This document shows, in pieces, positions 44,782 through 53,499 of a stretch of 64,000 nucleotides of DNA. Source of the DNA: Candidatus Multivoradales bacterium (GTDB lineage Bacteria > Acidobacteriota > Thermoanaerobaculia > Multivoradales > JAHEKO01); NCBI GenBank assembly GCA_965223155.1, contig CBDCVR010000013.1:918659-982658 (forward strand). Direction: 5' to 3'. Both the position numbers and the translations under genes were made by a program. Within the stretch, counting starts at the first letter, position 1, and every line of letters begins with the position of its first letter. The notes below the pieces were generated by a model. It saw nothing but the letters and a program-made list of their open reading frames with translations, was not told the origin of the DNA and did not search any database.

Positions 44782-45738
44782 ATGGCGCACCTACACCGGG
44801 CGCGGAGCAACCCGCGCTTGGGATTTCTTCTGGCCGTCGCGACAACGGTGCTCTGGGGCTTCCTCTCGATCGCTCTCAAGCTCTTGCTCGAGGGCATGGA
44901 CGGCCTCACCATCACCTGGTATCGCCTGGGGGCCTCGGGCATCCTGCTCGGCGCCTTCCAGGCCTTCCGCAAGCAGCTGCCGGCGCTCGGGAGCGCCGGC
45001 CGAATCACTTGGACCCTCCTGGCGATCGCGCTCTTCGGCCTTCTGGGCAACTACGTTCTCTTCGTCATCAGCCTCGAGTACATCGCTCCGGCCACGGCCC
45101 AGCTCGTTATTCAGCTGGCACCGTTGCTCTTTCTGCTGGGCGGCCTCTTCGTCTTTGGCGAGCGGCTCACCCGCTTGCAATGGGCCGGGCTTTTTCTTCT
45201 GACGGTCGGCCTCCTGGTGTTCTTCCACGACCGGCTGGGAGCGCTCCTGCGCCTGTCCGGCCGCGAAGCCATCGGCGTAGCGCTGGTGGTAGTCGCGGCC
45301 GTCGTCTGGGCCGCCTACGCCTTGGCCCAGAAGCAGCTCCTGGTGACCTTCTCCTCGGAGAACATCCTGCTGCTCATCTACTTGGGCTCGAGCATCGCGC
45401 TGTTGCCCACGATCCGGCCGGCCCAGATCTTCGAGCTCGACGGCTTCCAGCTCGGGCTCCTGGTCTTCGGCGTCTTCAACACCTTAGCCGCCTACGGCTG
45501 TTTCGCCGAGGCTCTCGAGCACTGGGAAGCCTCCCGCGTCAGCGCGGTCATCGCGGTAACGCCGCTCATCACCATTCTGGCCGTGTACGGCATTCTCGTC
45601 TTCTGGCCCGACGCGGATGTCGGCGAGCGCCTGACCTCGATCGAGTTGGCCGGCTCGGTGCTCATCGTCCTGGGCTCGATGATGACGGCTCTCGCCAGAA
45701 ACGACGAACGCGAAGCCGCCCGCAGCCAGAGTCCGTGA
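44782..45738 (+). CDS. DMT-superfamily (EamA) transporter
   Basis: 10 TM segments, duplicated EamA pattern (TVLWGFLSIALKLLLEGMD, AAVVWAAYALAQK). Confidence 0.8.
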   Translation: MAHLHRARSNPRLGFLLAVATTVLWGFLSIALKLLLEGMDGLTITWYRLGASGILLGAFQAFRKQLPALGSAGRITWTLLAIALFGLLGNYVLFVISLEYIAPATAQLVIQLAPLLFLLGGLFVFGERLTRLQWAGLFLLTVGLLVFFHDRLGALLRLSGREAIGVALVVVAAVVWAAYALAQKQLLVTFSSENILLLIYLGSSIALLPTIRPAQIFELDGFQLGLLVFGVFNTLAAYGCFAEALEHWEASRVSAVIAVTPLITILAVYGILVFWPDADVGERLTSIELAGSVLIVLGSMMTALARNDEREAARSQSP

Positions 45739-45839
45739 CGGCCGCCCCGTACAGCTCGACGTCTACCGCGGGCTGCTAGCATCCGCGCTCAGACCGGCCC
45801 CGGCGTCTCGCCCGCGGGCGTTACGCGGAAAGGATCCCG

Positions 45840-47249
45840 ATGAGCTCATCCGACGACACCACTCGACGGCGCTACGCCGGCGGCAACCGGGCTCCAGTCT
45901 CCGCCCGTCGAGCGCTCCTCGCGCTCGCGCCGCTGGCCCTGACCCTCGTTGCGACCACCTTCGCGGTCGGCTGCGCGCCGCGATCCGAGGAGGCCTCCGT
46001 GGACGATGTCAACGCCCGGAACGTAACCCACCGCATCGCCGAGGAAACCGTCCGTCTGGCACTCGCCCTGGGACGCCACGACGCCGACTATGTGGACGCC
46101 TACCTCGGGCCCGAGGCCTGGCGCGCCGAAGCGGACCAGACGGCTTGGAGCCTCGAGCAGATTCGCGACCGAACCGACCACCTGATCGCCGAGCTGGCAA
46201 CCGTGATTCCGCCTGCGGGCGACGAACTGGCCGCCGCCCGCCAGCGCTCCCTGCTCCGCACCCTGGAGAGCCTGCACGCCCGCAGCCGCATCGTCTCCGG
46301 CGAGCGCCTGCCCTTCGACGAGGAGGCCCGCCAACTGTACGATGTCTCGCCCCCGAAGAAGGACGCGAGCGAGTTCGACGCCGCCCTCGCCAAGCTCGAC
46401 CGGCTGCTGCCCGGCACGGGATCCCTCGCCGACCGCTTGAGCGCCTTCAAGGCGGACTTCGTCATTCCGCCGGACAAGCTCGACGAGGTCTTCCAAGCGG
46501 CCATCGAAGCCTGCCGGGAGCGCACCCGAAACCACATCGACCTTCCGGAGGACGAGAGCTTCGTCCTCGAATACGTCACCGACAAGGCTTGGAGCGGCTA
46601 CAACTGGTACAAGGGCGGCTATCACAGCCTCATTCAGATCAACACCGACCTTCCCATCTACATCGACCGCGCCCTCGATCTGGCCGGACACGAGGGCTAC
46701 CCCGGCCATCACGTCTACAACGTTCTGGTCGAGCGGGACCTGGTCCAAGGGCGGGGCTTCCAGGAGTACCTCATCTATCCGCTCTTCAGCCCGCGCTCGT
46801 TGATCGCGGAGGGCAGCGCCAACTTCGGCCTGGACGTTGTCTTCCCCCACGCCGACCGGCTCCAGTTCGAGCGCGAGGTCCTGTTCCCACTGGCCGGTCT
46901 CGATCCCCAGCGGGTCGAGAACTACTACGCGGTCGATGAGATCTTGAGCGAGCTCTCGTACGCCGGCAACGAGGCAGCCCGCGGGTACCTCGACGGCACG
47001 ATGGATGCCGAAGCAGCCATCGGCTGGATGATGACCTATTCGCTCTCGAGCCGGGCCCGCGCCGAACAACGCCTGCGCTTCTTCGAGAAGTACCGCAGCT
47101 ACGTCATCAACTACAACCTGGGCCAGGACCTGGTGCGCGATTTCATCGAGAGCGCCGGCGGCACGGCGGAGCAGCCGGATGAGCGGTGGCGCCTCTTTGC
47201 CGACCTGCTCTCACGGCCGGTGCTGCCATCCGAGCTCACCGGCGGCTGA
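45840..47249 (+). CDS. Lipoprotein, DUF885-like (HExxPGHH motif) putative metallopeptidase-fold protein
   Basis: Lipobox TFAVGC. The AGHEGYPGHHVYN motif resembles the DUF885 signature as I remember it. Confidence 0.5.
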   Translation: MSSSDDTTRRRYAGGNRAPVSARRALLALAPLALTLVATTFAVGCAPRSEEASVDDVNARNVTHRIAEETVRLALALGRHDADYVDAYLGPEAWRAEADQTAWSLEQIRDRTDHLIAELATVIPPAGDELAAARQRSLLRTLESLHARSRIVSGERLPFDEEARQLYDVSPPKKDASEFDAALAKLDRLLPGTGSLADRLSAFKADFVIPPDKLDEVFQAAIEACRERTRNHIDLPEDESFVLEYVTDKAWSGYNWYKGGYHSLIQINTDLPIYIDRALDLAGHEGYPGHHVYNVLVERDLVQGRGFQEYLIYPLFSPRSLIAEGSANFGLDVVFPHADRLQFEREVLFPLAGLDPQRVENYYAVDEILSELSYAGNEAARGYLDGTMDAEAAIGWMMTYSLSSRARAEQRLRFFEKYRSYVINYNLGQDLVRDFIESAGGTAEQPDERWRLFADLLSRPVLPSELTGG

Positions 47250-47254
47250 TTCCC

Positions 47255-47962
47255 ATGCCCACGCCCGAAGCTCCGGCGGTCGACGTCATCGTTCCGATCC
47301 ACAACGGCGAGCGTTATCTGGCCTCAGCGCTCGAAAGCGTTCTCGCACAGGACTACCGGCCGCTCAGGGTTACCGTCGTTGACGACGGCTCGACCGACGG
47401 CGGCGTCGAGATCGCCCGCGGATTCCCCGAGGTCCGCGTTCTGTCCCAAACCAATCTCGGCGCCGGCGCGGCGCGCAACCACGCCATTCGGGAGACCGAC
47501 GGCGATCTCGTCGCCTTCCTGGACCAGGACGATCTCTGGACCGCCGACAAGCTGAGCGTCCAAGTCCCGTATCTCCTCGACCGGTCCGAGCTGGACTTCG
47601 TCTTCGCGCTTCAGGAGTGTTTTCTCGAGCCGGGGTCCAAGCTGCCGACGCCCCTGATTCGGAACTGGGTCTCGCGCAAGCTTTGGGAACGCAAGCTTCC
47701 CGGATTTCTCCCGGGCACCCTCCTGGTTCGTCGCCGCGCCTTCGACACCTACGGACTCTTCGACACCGGTCTCGAGGTCACCAGCGACGCCGAGTGGTTC
47801 TTCCGGGCTCACGACGCGGGCCATCCTCTCCACGTTTTGCAGCGGGTGCTCTTGAAGAAGCGCTTCCACAGCGCCAACCATTGCTACGAGACCGCCCAAT
47901 CCCGCAACGAGCTTCTCCGCATCGTGCGCGCCTCGAGCCGGCGCAAGCTGGCTTCAGGCTGA
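47255..47962 (+). CDS. Glycosyltransferase family 2
   Basis: Trimmed to ATG 47255. VDVIVPIHNGERYLASALESVLAQDY, VVDDGSTDG, AFLDQDDLW. Confidence 0.85.
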   Translation: MPTPEAPAVDVIVPIHNGERYLASALESVLAQDYRPLRVTVVDDGSTDGGVEIARGFPEVRVLSQTNLGAGAARNHAIRETDGDLVAFLDQDDLWTADKLSVQVPYLLDRSELDFVFALQECFLEPGSKLPTPLIRNWVSRKLWERKLPGFLPGTLLVRRRAFDTYGLFDTGLEVTSDAEWFFRAHDAGHPLHVLQRVLLKKRFHSANHCYETAQSRNELLRIVRASSRRKLASG

Positions 47963-49069
47963 CGACCGCAGCCGCGTCCGTCGGGCAGCCTCGGCGATGA
48001 CGAAGACCGGCATTTGCCACAGGCCGTTCAGGCCCCACCGGGCCTGAAGGTACCGTAAGAATCCACCTCGGGCCTGGCCGCCGCCGGCCCTGCCCAGCCT
48101 GTAGTGCAGCCAATGGAACCGCAGCCGCCGCCAGGGCGTCCGAGGCAGGGTCTTGAGCTCGAACTCCCGCCGCTCCTCCCGGCTCGCCGGCAGCGCCCGG
48201 AGCTCCTCGAGAACCGCCTCCGGAATCTCGCGGCCGACCGACCTCGCAAGGTAGTCGAGTCCGGCCTCGAGCGGAACAGTCAGCCGCCGACTCCTCGCTT
48301 CGGCGACCAGCCGGGCCCAGTCGACGGTGCCCGCCTCGAGCACCGCGGCACTGTCGGCGACCCAGCGCAGCGGGGGGACCTCCTCCCAGCGCACGCCATG
48401 AACAATCGTGTGAAACAACAGGTGCGCCGCCGAGGGGATCGGCGCGGAGAGCTCGCCGAAGCGTACGACCTCGGCGCATTCCCAGACCTTCGCGTCCACT
48501 CCCTGCCGGCAACACTCCTCGAGCAGGTACCAGTGCAAGTCCAGCTCTGCGCCTCGATCATCCACGAACACGGTGGAATGGATCAGCGGCAACCGTACCC
48601 GGGCCAACGAGTACCGCGACCGCCAGCCCTTACTCAGCAGGAGGTCGATCGCCCGCTCCCGGTCCCGGGGCCGGACGAACAGATCGACGTCGGCCATGGC
48701 CCGAACGCCGGCATCCCGGTAGTAGCCGGCGGCCAGAGCCGCACCCTTGAGCAGCATGCACTCGATGTCCTGCTTTCGGAAGGCCTCGATGACTTCGCCG
48801 GCCGACCGGAAGCCCACCTGGTTCTTGTACCAAACTAGCCGGCGCATGCCGCGCAAACGCCCCAGCTCGGAGGCGGGAACCCCGCGCTCGCGCAGGTTGC
48901 TGTAGGCCAACGCCAGCATCCGGTACGACCCGGCGTCGATGTCGGCAAATCCCACCTGCCGACGCCACCGGCGCCAGGCTTCGACCGCGGACGCGTCCCG
49001 GGCGAGCGCCGCAGTCAAGAGCAGTTCCTGCTCGGGAGTCGGCCAGCAATCGCGTGGACTCGCGCTCAC
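47954..49069 (-). CDS. Uncharacterised nucleotidyltransferase (NTP_transf_5-like)
   Basis: LLKGAALAAGYYRDAGVRAMADVDLFVRPRDRERAIDLLLSKGW, LDLHWYLL. The GTG start overlaps the kinase stop (GTGA at 49066-49069). Confidence 0.7.
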   Translation of the reverse strand: MSASPRDCWPTPEQELLLTAALARDASAVEAWRRWRRQVGFADIDAGSYRMLALAYSNLRERGVPASELGRLRGMRRLVWYKNQVGFRSAGEVIEAFRKQDIECMLLKGAALAAGYYRDAGVRAMADVDLFVRPRDRERAIDLLLSKGWRSRYSLARVRLPLIHSTVFVDDRGAELDLHWYLLEECCRQGVDAKVWECAEVVRFGELSAPIPSAAHLLFHTIVHGVRWEEVPPLRWVADSAAVLEAGTVDWARLVAEARSRRLTVPLEAGLDYLARSVGREIPEAVLEELRALPASREERREFELKTLPRTPWRRLRFHWLHYRLGRAGGGQARGGFLRYLQARWGLNGLWQMPVFVIAEAARRTRLRSSA

Positions 49070-50082
49070 CGTGCCGCTGCGGCCTCCGTCCCGAGTCCGT
49101 TCAGCAAGTCCTCGATCGCCGGCCCGATAGCGGCAAGATCGGGGCAGAGCTCGAAGCCGAAGGTGGGAACCTCACGCACCACGCGGGCGAGCCCCGCCAG
49201 CGCGGCCGCGTCCGCCCCAGGGCCCAGAAAGACCGAGGGACCGGCCAGGGCCGCCAGCGCCGTCCCGCGGCTCGCTGGAACCATCGCCGTCCTCTCCTTG
49301 CCGATCTCCGGCACCAAGATTGCGCGTAGCGGCGCCGCCGCGGGCAGGTGCTCCGTCCTGTCGGAACCCAAGAAGAGCAAGGCCTTCTCTCCGTCCGGCG
49401 TTGGCGGCACCGCCACCGAGCGCTCGAGCTCCGGCAGCCGTTCGAGCGTCCAGGCCTCGACCTTGGCCGAGACGTACAGCCTATGGACCATGGGCGGACT
49501 GGCGCCAAGGAGCACGTTGTCATCTCCCAGGTACGCAAGCCCGGATGCCCAGGCCGCCAGTGCCGTGGTCGACTTGCCCGAACCACTGCCACCGCAGATC
49601 GCTACGACGCCGTCCGACCGGCCCACGGCCGCCGCGTGCGCGAGTTGCAGACCTCGCGCCTCGCCCCACCAGCGCAAGAGATCGCGCAACGGAAAGCTGC
49701 GCTCGTGCACCGTCAGGGCGGCCGGCGATTCGATCCAGAAAACGCCTGCACACCGCTCGGCGTCGAAGCCGGAGATGCTAGCGGTGCCCGGCTTGGCGGC
49801 CAGCCAATACCGCTCGCGACTCATTCCTCGCACCGCGCCGCGCACCGAGTAGTCGCTTCCGTGCCGGCGCGGCGGTGGCGGCTCGCAACCCGTGCTCGCC
49901 GTATCGAAGACCTGGACCACCAAGTCGTCACCGGAATCCGCGGTGGACGCGATCGCGTCATTCTGATGGGGCTCCTCCGGAAGCTTCCGATGCTCGAGCG
50001 CCGCGGTCAGAGGCTCGACCAGCGCCGGCCCGGAAAAGCGCATCCGCACACGGCCGCCCGCGACTTCGAATCGGCGCTCCAC
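49066..50082 (-). CDS. HPr-kinase-related P-loop kinase (HprK C-terminal-domain-like)
   Basis: LHAAAVGRSDGVVAICGGSGSGKSTTALAAWASGLAYLGDDNVLL, which is the HprK-type P-loop plus DD. GTG start; the exact start is uncertain. Confidence 0.7.
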   Translation of the reverse strand: MERRFEVAGGRVRMRFSGPALVEPLTAALEHRKLPEEPHQNDAIASTADSGDDLVVQVFDTASTGCEPPPPRRHGSDYSVRGAVRGMSRERYWLAAKPGTASISGFDAERCAGVFWIESPAALTVHERSFPLRDLLRWWGEARGLQLAHAAAVGRSDGVVAICGGSGSGKSTTALAAWASGLAYLGDDNVLLGASPPMVHRLYVSAKVEAWTLERLPELERSVAVPPTPDGEKALLFLGSDRTEHLPAAAPLRAILVPEIGKERTAMVPASRGTALAALAGPSVFLGPGADAAALAGLARVVREVPTFGFELCPDLAAIGPAIEDLLNGLGTEAAAAR

Positions 50083-50176
50083 GACTCCGGCGCAATGCTC
50101 GGCCCGGGAAGCGGTCTCCGCGAGCTTCGCGTAGTACCTCGCCGCGCTCGGACCGGCGCCGTCCCGGCCCCGGCCG

Positions 50177-50623
50177 TCAAGTACGATCGTCCGGCTCCTC
50201 GATCACCATCGGCCAGCCGCGGTCATCGACATCGTGGACCGGATCCAGGAGCAACAGGTCCCGCATATCGGTGAAGCGATGGATCTCCGGGGGCTCGAAG
50301 CGCTCCGGATAGCTCGCGCCCGGGTTCCCGGATTCCGGCGCTCCGTCCTCCTCTTCGACCACCAGCTGATCCTCCCGGAGGACTTCGAGCACCGTCCGGA
50401 CCCGAGCGGCCTGGTCCGGTGACAGAGCCCCATACCGGGCCTCTAGCTCCTTGAAGAGCCGGGCGTCGGTGGCGCCGTGTTCGTGCTGGGTCCAAATCGC
50501 CGCCGCCAGGCCGCGCAGGCAATAGTAGGTACCGCTGTCCATGTCGATGATCACGGCTTCACCATCGACGATCTCGTCGATTACCCGCGGCCGGGCGATT
50601 CGATACCGAGGCTGAGCGACCAC
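50177..50623 (-). CDS. PqqD-family (RiPP recognition element-like) protein with an acidic C-terminal extension
   Basis: IDEIVDGEAVIIDMDSGTYYCLRGLAAAIWTQHEHGATDARLFKELEARYGALSPDQAARVRTVLEVLREDQLV fits the PqqD pattern. It is followed by about 55 extra residues. Confidence 0.75.
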   Translation of the reverse strand: MVAQPRYRIARPRVIDEIVDGEAVIIDMDSGTYYCLRGLAAAIWTQHEHGATDARLFKELEARYGALSPDQAARVRTVLEVLREDQLVVEEEDGAPESGNPGASYPERFEPPEIHRFTDMRDLLLLDPVHDVDDRGWPMVIEEPDDRT

Positions 50624-50739
50624 CCCGGGATCGTACCCCAGATCTCTGCTGCCGAAGGGACCTGGGGCCGGTGCGGGACTTGCAGGCTCAGGTCCGCGAA
50701 ACCGCGCCTTGCTGCCCAGAGGCGCCCCGGAGCTTGACC

Positions 50740-52059
50740 ATGCCGCGAATTCTCTGCCCCCAGCGATCGACTCAGACCCGTACCCGATCCGAGCGGTGGA
50801 TCCAGTTCGCGATCGCGGCCGTTCTCATCACTGTTCTCGGCGGTGGCCTTGCCGGCTGCGGCCGGGAGCGGCCGGCCGAGGTCGCCGCAGCCGAGGCCGA
50901 ACCGGCACGGCTAACGCCATCCGAGCCGTCAGATCCGGTAGAACCAGCGACTCGGCCCAGGGCCCAAGCCGGCGATCTAGGGGACGCGCCCGTCGATCCC
51001 GTCTCCGTCGGCCCGGGTCAGGCCAAACCGGGTCAGGCCAAACCGGCTCTAGTCGAGCCGACTCAGATGGACCCGACTCAGGTAGACCCGGGCCCCGCGT
51101 CCCGCGCCGCCGATCCTCTGGCAGACGAGCGCGACCGGCTACGCCGGCAGCAGGAGGCCCTCGACGCCGAACGGGCGCGCCTGGCCGAACGCCGGGCGAT
51201 CCTGGTCGAGCGGGAGCGCCGGCTGGAAGCTCTCGAAGGCGACGCCAACGTCCAGACGGCTGCTCCGGACTCCGCGACCGAACCTCGGATCGATCTCGAA
51301 GCGGGTGCCGCCACCGCGGATGAGGTCGAACCGGACGAAGTCGCGCCAGGCGATCCGGACTCCTCGGCTGACGCCGATCCCGACCTCCCCACCCACGAAG
51401 GCGCTCCCCAGGACGCCCCAGCGCCGCTCGAGCCCACCAGCCCCGAGCCGGCGGTCGCCCATTCTGAGTTCGATCCCGAGATCGATTCCGAGGACCTGCC
51501 GCCAGCCTCCGAAGCCGCTGTCCGTTCGCTCGAGCCGGGCCGGCTCCTGGAGATCGAGATCCTGGACACCTTGAGTAGCCGCACCCACCGCGTCGGCGAC
51601 ACCTTCGACGCCCGGCTGGTCCAGGAGCTTCGAGCCGAGGACGGCACCCTCTTGGTACCGGCCGGCGCCCCGGTCGTGGGCGAAGTCACCCACGTCGTGC
51701 CGCTGAAGCGGGTCGGCGGCCGGGCCGAGCTGGACGTCGCCTTCACCCAGCTGGTTCTTGCTACAGGCGAACCGGTCTCCATTCGCGCCACGTTCGTGGC
51801 CCAAGGCAAGGACAAACGACGGGACAAGCGGAAGATTGCGGGAGCGGCCATCGTGGGAGCGATCCTGGGGCGGATTCTGGGCGACGGAGCCGAGGGCGCG
51901 GTCAAAGGCGCCGCCGCCGGAGCCGCCGCGGGAACCGCCGTCGTCGCTCGCGCCAAGGGGAAGGACGCGGTGCTTCCAGCCGGAGAGACCGTGGCGATTC
52001 AGCTGGAGGAAGTGGTCACGGTCGCGGTCGAGTATTCCGGGCCCGCCGATCCCGAGTAG
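50740..52059 (+). CDS. Lipoprotein with a Pro/Asp/Glu-rich repeat linker, a coiled coil, and a C-terminal beta-rich domain plus glycine zipper
   Basis: Lipobox GGLAGC, GQAKPGQAKP tandem repeat, RLRRQQEALDAERARLAERRAILVERERRLE, the C-terminal SSRTHRVGDTFDARL...VGGRAELDVAF and GAAIVGAILGRILGDGAEGAVKGAAAGAAAG. Confidence 0.65.
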   Translation: MPRILCPQRSTQTRTRSERWIQFAIAAVLITVLGGGLAGCGRERPAEVAAAEAEPARLTPSEPSDPVEPATRPRAQAGDLGDAPVDPVSVGPGQAKPGQAKPALVEPTQMDPTQVDPGPASRAADPLADERDRLRRQQEALDAERARLAERRAILVERERRLEALEGDANVQTAAPDSATEPRIDLEAGAATADEVEPDEVAPGDPDSSADADPDLPTHEGAPQDAPAPLEPTSPEPAVAHSEFDPEIDSEDLPPASEAAVRSLEPGRLLEIEILDTLSSRTHRVGDTFDARLVQELRAEDGTLLVPAGAPVVGEVTHVVPLKRVGGRAELDVAFTQLVLATGEPVSIRATFVAQGKDKRRDKRKIAGAAIVGAILGRILGDGAEGAVKGAAAGAAAGTAVVARAKGKDAVLPAGETVAIQLEEVVTVAVEYSGPADPE

Positions 52060-52256
52060 CTCGCGGGCCGGCCTAGGTGGCGATCTCGCCCCCCTCGTCT
52101 CCGCCACTCGAGTCTCTTGACGTCGGCCGCTACGACAACCTCGAGCGCCGGGCACAACCTAACCCAGAGACTCAAGGCGTCTCAGGGCAATGCCAATGGG
52201 ACGATCAGGCTAGAATCGCGCCTCGACCGGCGGCGGCCATCGTCAGAAAGCCAGAC

Positions 52257-52292
52257 CAGTCGAGGCAGTCGAGGCAGTCGAGCTAGTCGAAG
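52257..52292. repeat. 4 tandem copies of a 9-bp unit (CAGTCGAGG, last copies degenerate)
   Basis: CAGTCGAGG CAGTCGAGG CAGTCGAGC TAGTCGAAG read directly, ending 12 nt before the LOG gene start. Confidence 0.8.
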
Positions 52293-52304
52293 AACGGGGA
52301 GAAG

Positions 52305-52907
52305 GTGACGAATATCCAGCAGCCGGCGCGCAATGTCTGCGTTTTCACCGGCTCCAATCCGGGATCGCTAGGCCGGTACCGCCACGAGGCCGCAATCCTT
52401 GGCACCGAGCTGGTCACACGAGGCTTCGGTCTGGTCTACGGCGGCGGGTCGGTGGGCCTCATGGGTACGGTCGCCGACGCCGTGCTCGAAGCCGGTGGCC
52501 GGGTGACGGGTGTCATCCCAGAGGCCTTGATGACGCGGGAGATCGCCCATGAACGGCTAGACGCGCTCGAGGTGGTCGAGTCCATGCACGACCGCAAGCG
52601 ACGCATGGCCGAGCTGGCCTGCGCTTTTGTCGCCATGCCTGGAGGCATGGGCACGCTCGAGGAACTGACCGAGGTGCTGACCTGGGCCCAGCTCGGTATC
52701 CACGCCAAGCCCTGCGGGATCCTCAACGTCGACGGTTACTTCGACGGCTTCCTGGAGTTCTTGGACCACGCCGTGGCGCACGAGTTCCTGAAACCGGACC
52801 ACCGCGCGATCCTGCGGGTCGGCACCGAGCCCGGCGCGCTGCTGGACGATCTCGAGGCCTACCGGCCCAGGCACACCGGCAAGTGGCTGACGCAGAGCCA
52901 AGCCTAG
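52305..52907 (+). CDS. LOG-family (TIGR00730-type) nucleotide 5'-monophosphate nucleosidase
   Basis: GTG start after GGGGAGAAGG. YGGGSVGLMG, MPGGMGTLEELTEV. Confidence 0.85.
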   Translation: MTNIQQPARNVCVFTGSNPGSLGRYRHEAAILGTELVTRGFGLVYGGGSVGLMGTVADAVLEAGGRVTGVIPEALMTREIAHERLDALEVVESMHDRKRRMAELACAFVAMPGGMGTLEELTEVLTWAQLGIHAKPCGILNVDGYFDGFLEFLDHAVAHEFLKPDHRAILRVGTEPGALLDDLEAYRPRHTGKWLTQSQA

Positions 52908-52917
52908 GCTGAGTCCG

Positions 52918-53499
52918 TTGCCGCGCTCGCTCGCCGACATCGACTGGACCGCTTGGCGGCCGGTCGACCGGGCCACCCTGCTCTTCGTCATTCGCGGCGG
53001 ACGCATCCTCCTGATCCGAAAGCTGCGCGGCCTCGGCGCTGGCAAGATCAACGGCCCAGGCGGCCGTCTCGATCCGGGAGAGACTCCGCTCCAGGCGGCG
53101 GTGCGCGAGACCGAAGAAGAGATCGGCATCGTGCCCTCCAATCCGATCGCCTGCGGCGAGCTCCGGTTCCAGTTCACCGACGGCTACGCGCTGCACGGAT
53201 ACGTATTCCGGGCTGCCCGCTACACCGGATCGCCCCGGCCAAGCGACGAGGCGATTCCGCTCTGGACGCCTCTGGATGCCATCCCCTACCCGGAGATGTG
53301 GGCCGACGACGTTCTCTGGATGCCTCACTTGCTGGAAGGCCGCAGCTTCGACGGCCGCTTCCTCTTCGACGGTGACGTCATGCTCGACTCCGCCTTGGAG
53401 GTCGGTCCCGAGCTCACCCCGAACGCCGGCGCGTCCAAGGTCGATTACCCGTCAGCGGATCGTTTGGAGACCGACCAGACCGCCCGACGCAGGCGGTGA
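52918..53499 (+). CDS. NUDIX hydrolase (MutT-like)
   Basis: Nudix box GPGGRLDPGETPLQAAVRETEEEIGI. TTG start; the start is uncertain. Confidence 0.8.
   Translation: MPRSLADIDWTAWRPVDRATLLFVIRGGRILLIRKLRGLGAGKINGPGGRLDPGETPLQAAVRETEEEIGIVPSNPIACGELRFQFTDGYALHGYVFRAARYTGSPRPSDEAIPLWTPLDAIPYPEMWADDVLWMPHLLEGRSFDGRFLFDGDVMLDSALEVGPELTPNAGASKVDYPSADRLETDQTARRRR

Noticed and set aside
45846-47069. 407-aa minus-strand ORF
   Set aside because: It is antisense to the DUF885-like lipoprotein gene and has no motifs.
50083-50176. Gap between the PqqD and kinase genes, examined for a hidden small peptide gene
   Set aside because: I translated all three minus-strand frames. There is no start codon giving a plausible peptide. 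The only TTG-initiated frame is Arg-rich and runs into the kinase gene out of frame.
47255-50623. Lasso-peptide biosynthetic cluster
   Set aside because: PqqD, kinase and nucleotidyltransferase homologues occur in some lasso clusters. However, no asparagine-synthetase-like cyclase, no transglutaminase-like leader protease and no ABC exporter is present anywhere in the window.
50688-50741. 17-codon minus-strand ORF (MVKLRGASGQQGAVSRT) upstream of the PqqD gene as a possible precursor peptide
   Set aside because: It has no RBS and no Ser/Thr/Cys-rich core or leader-like features. It overlaps the start of the divergent lipoprotein gene. It is indistinguishable from chance in GC-rich DNA.
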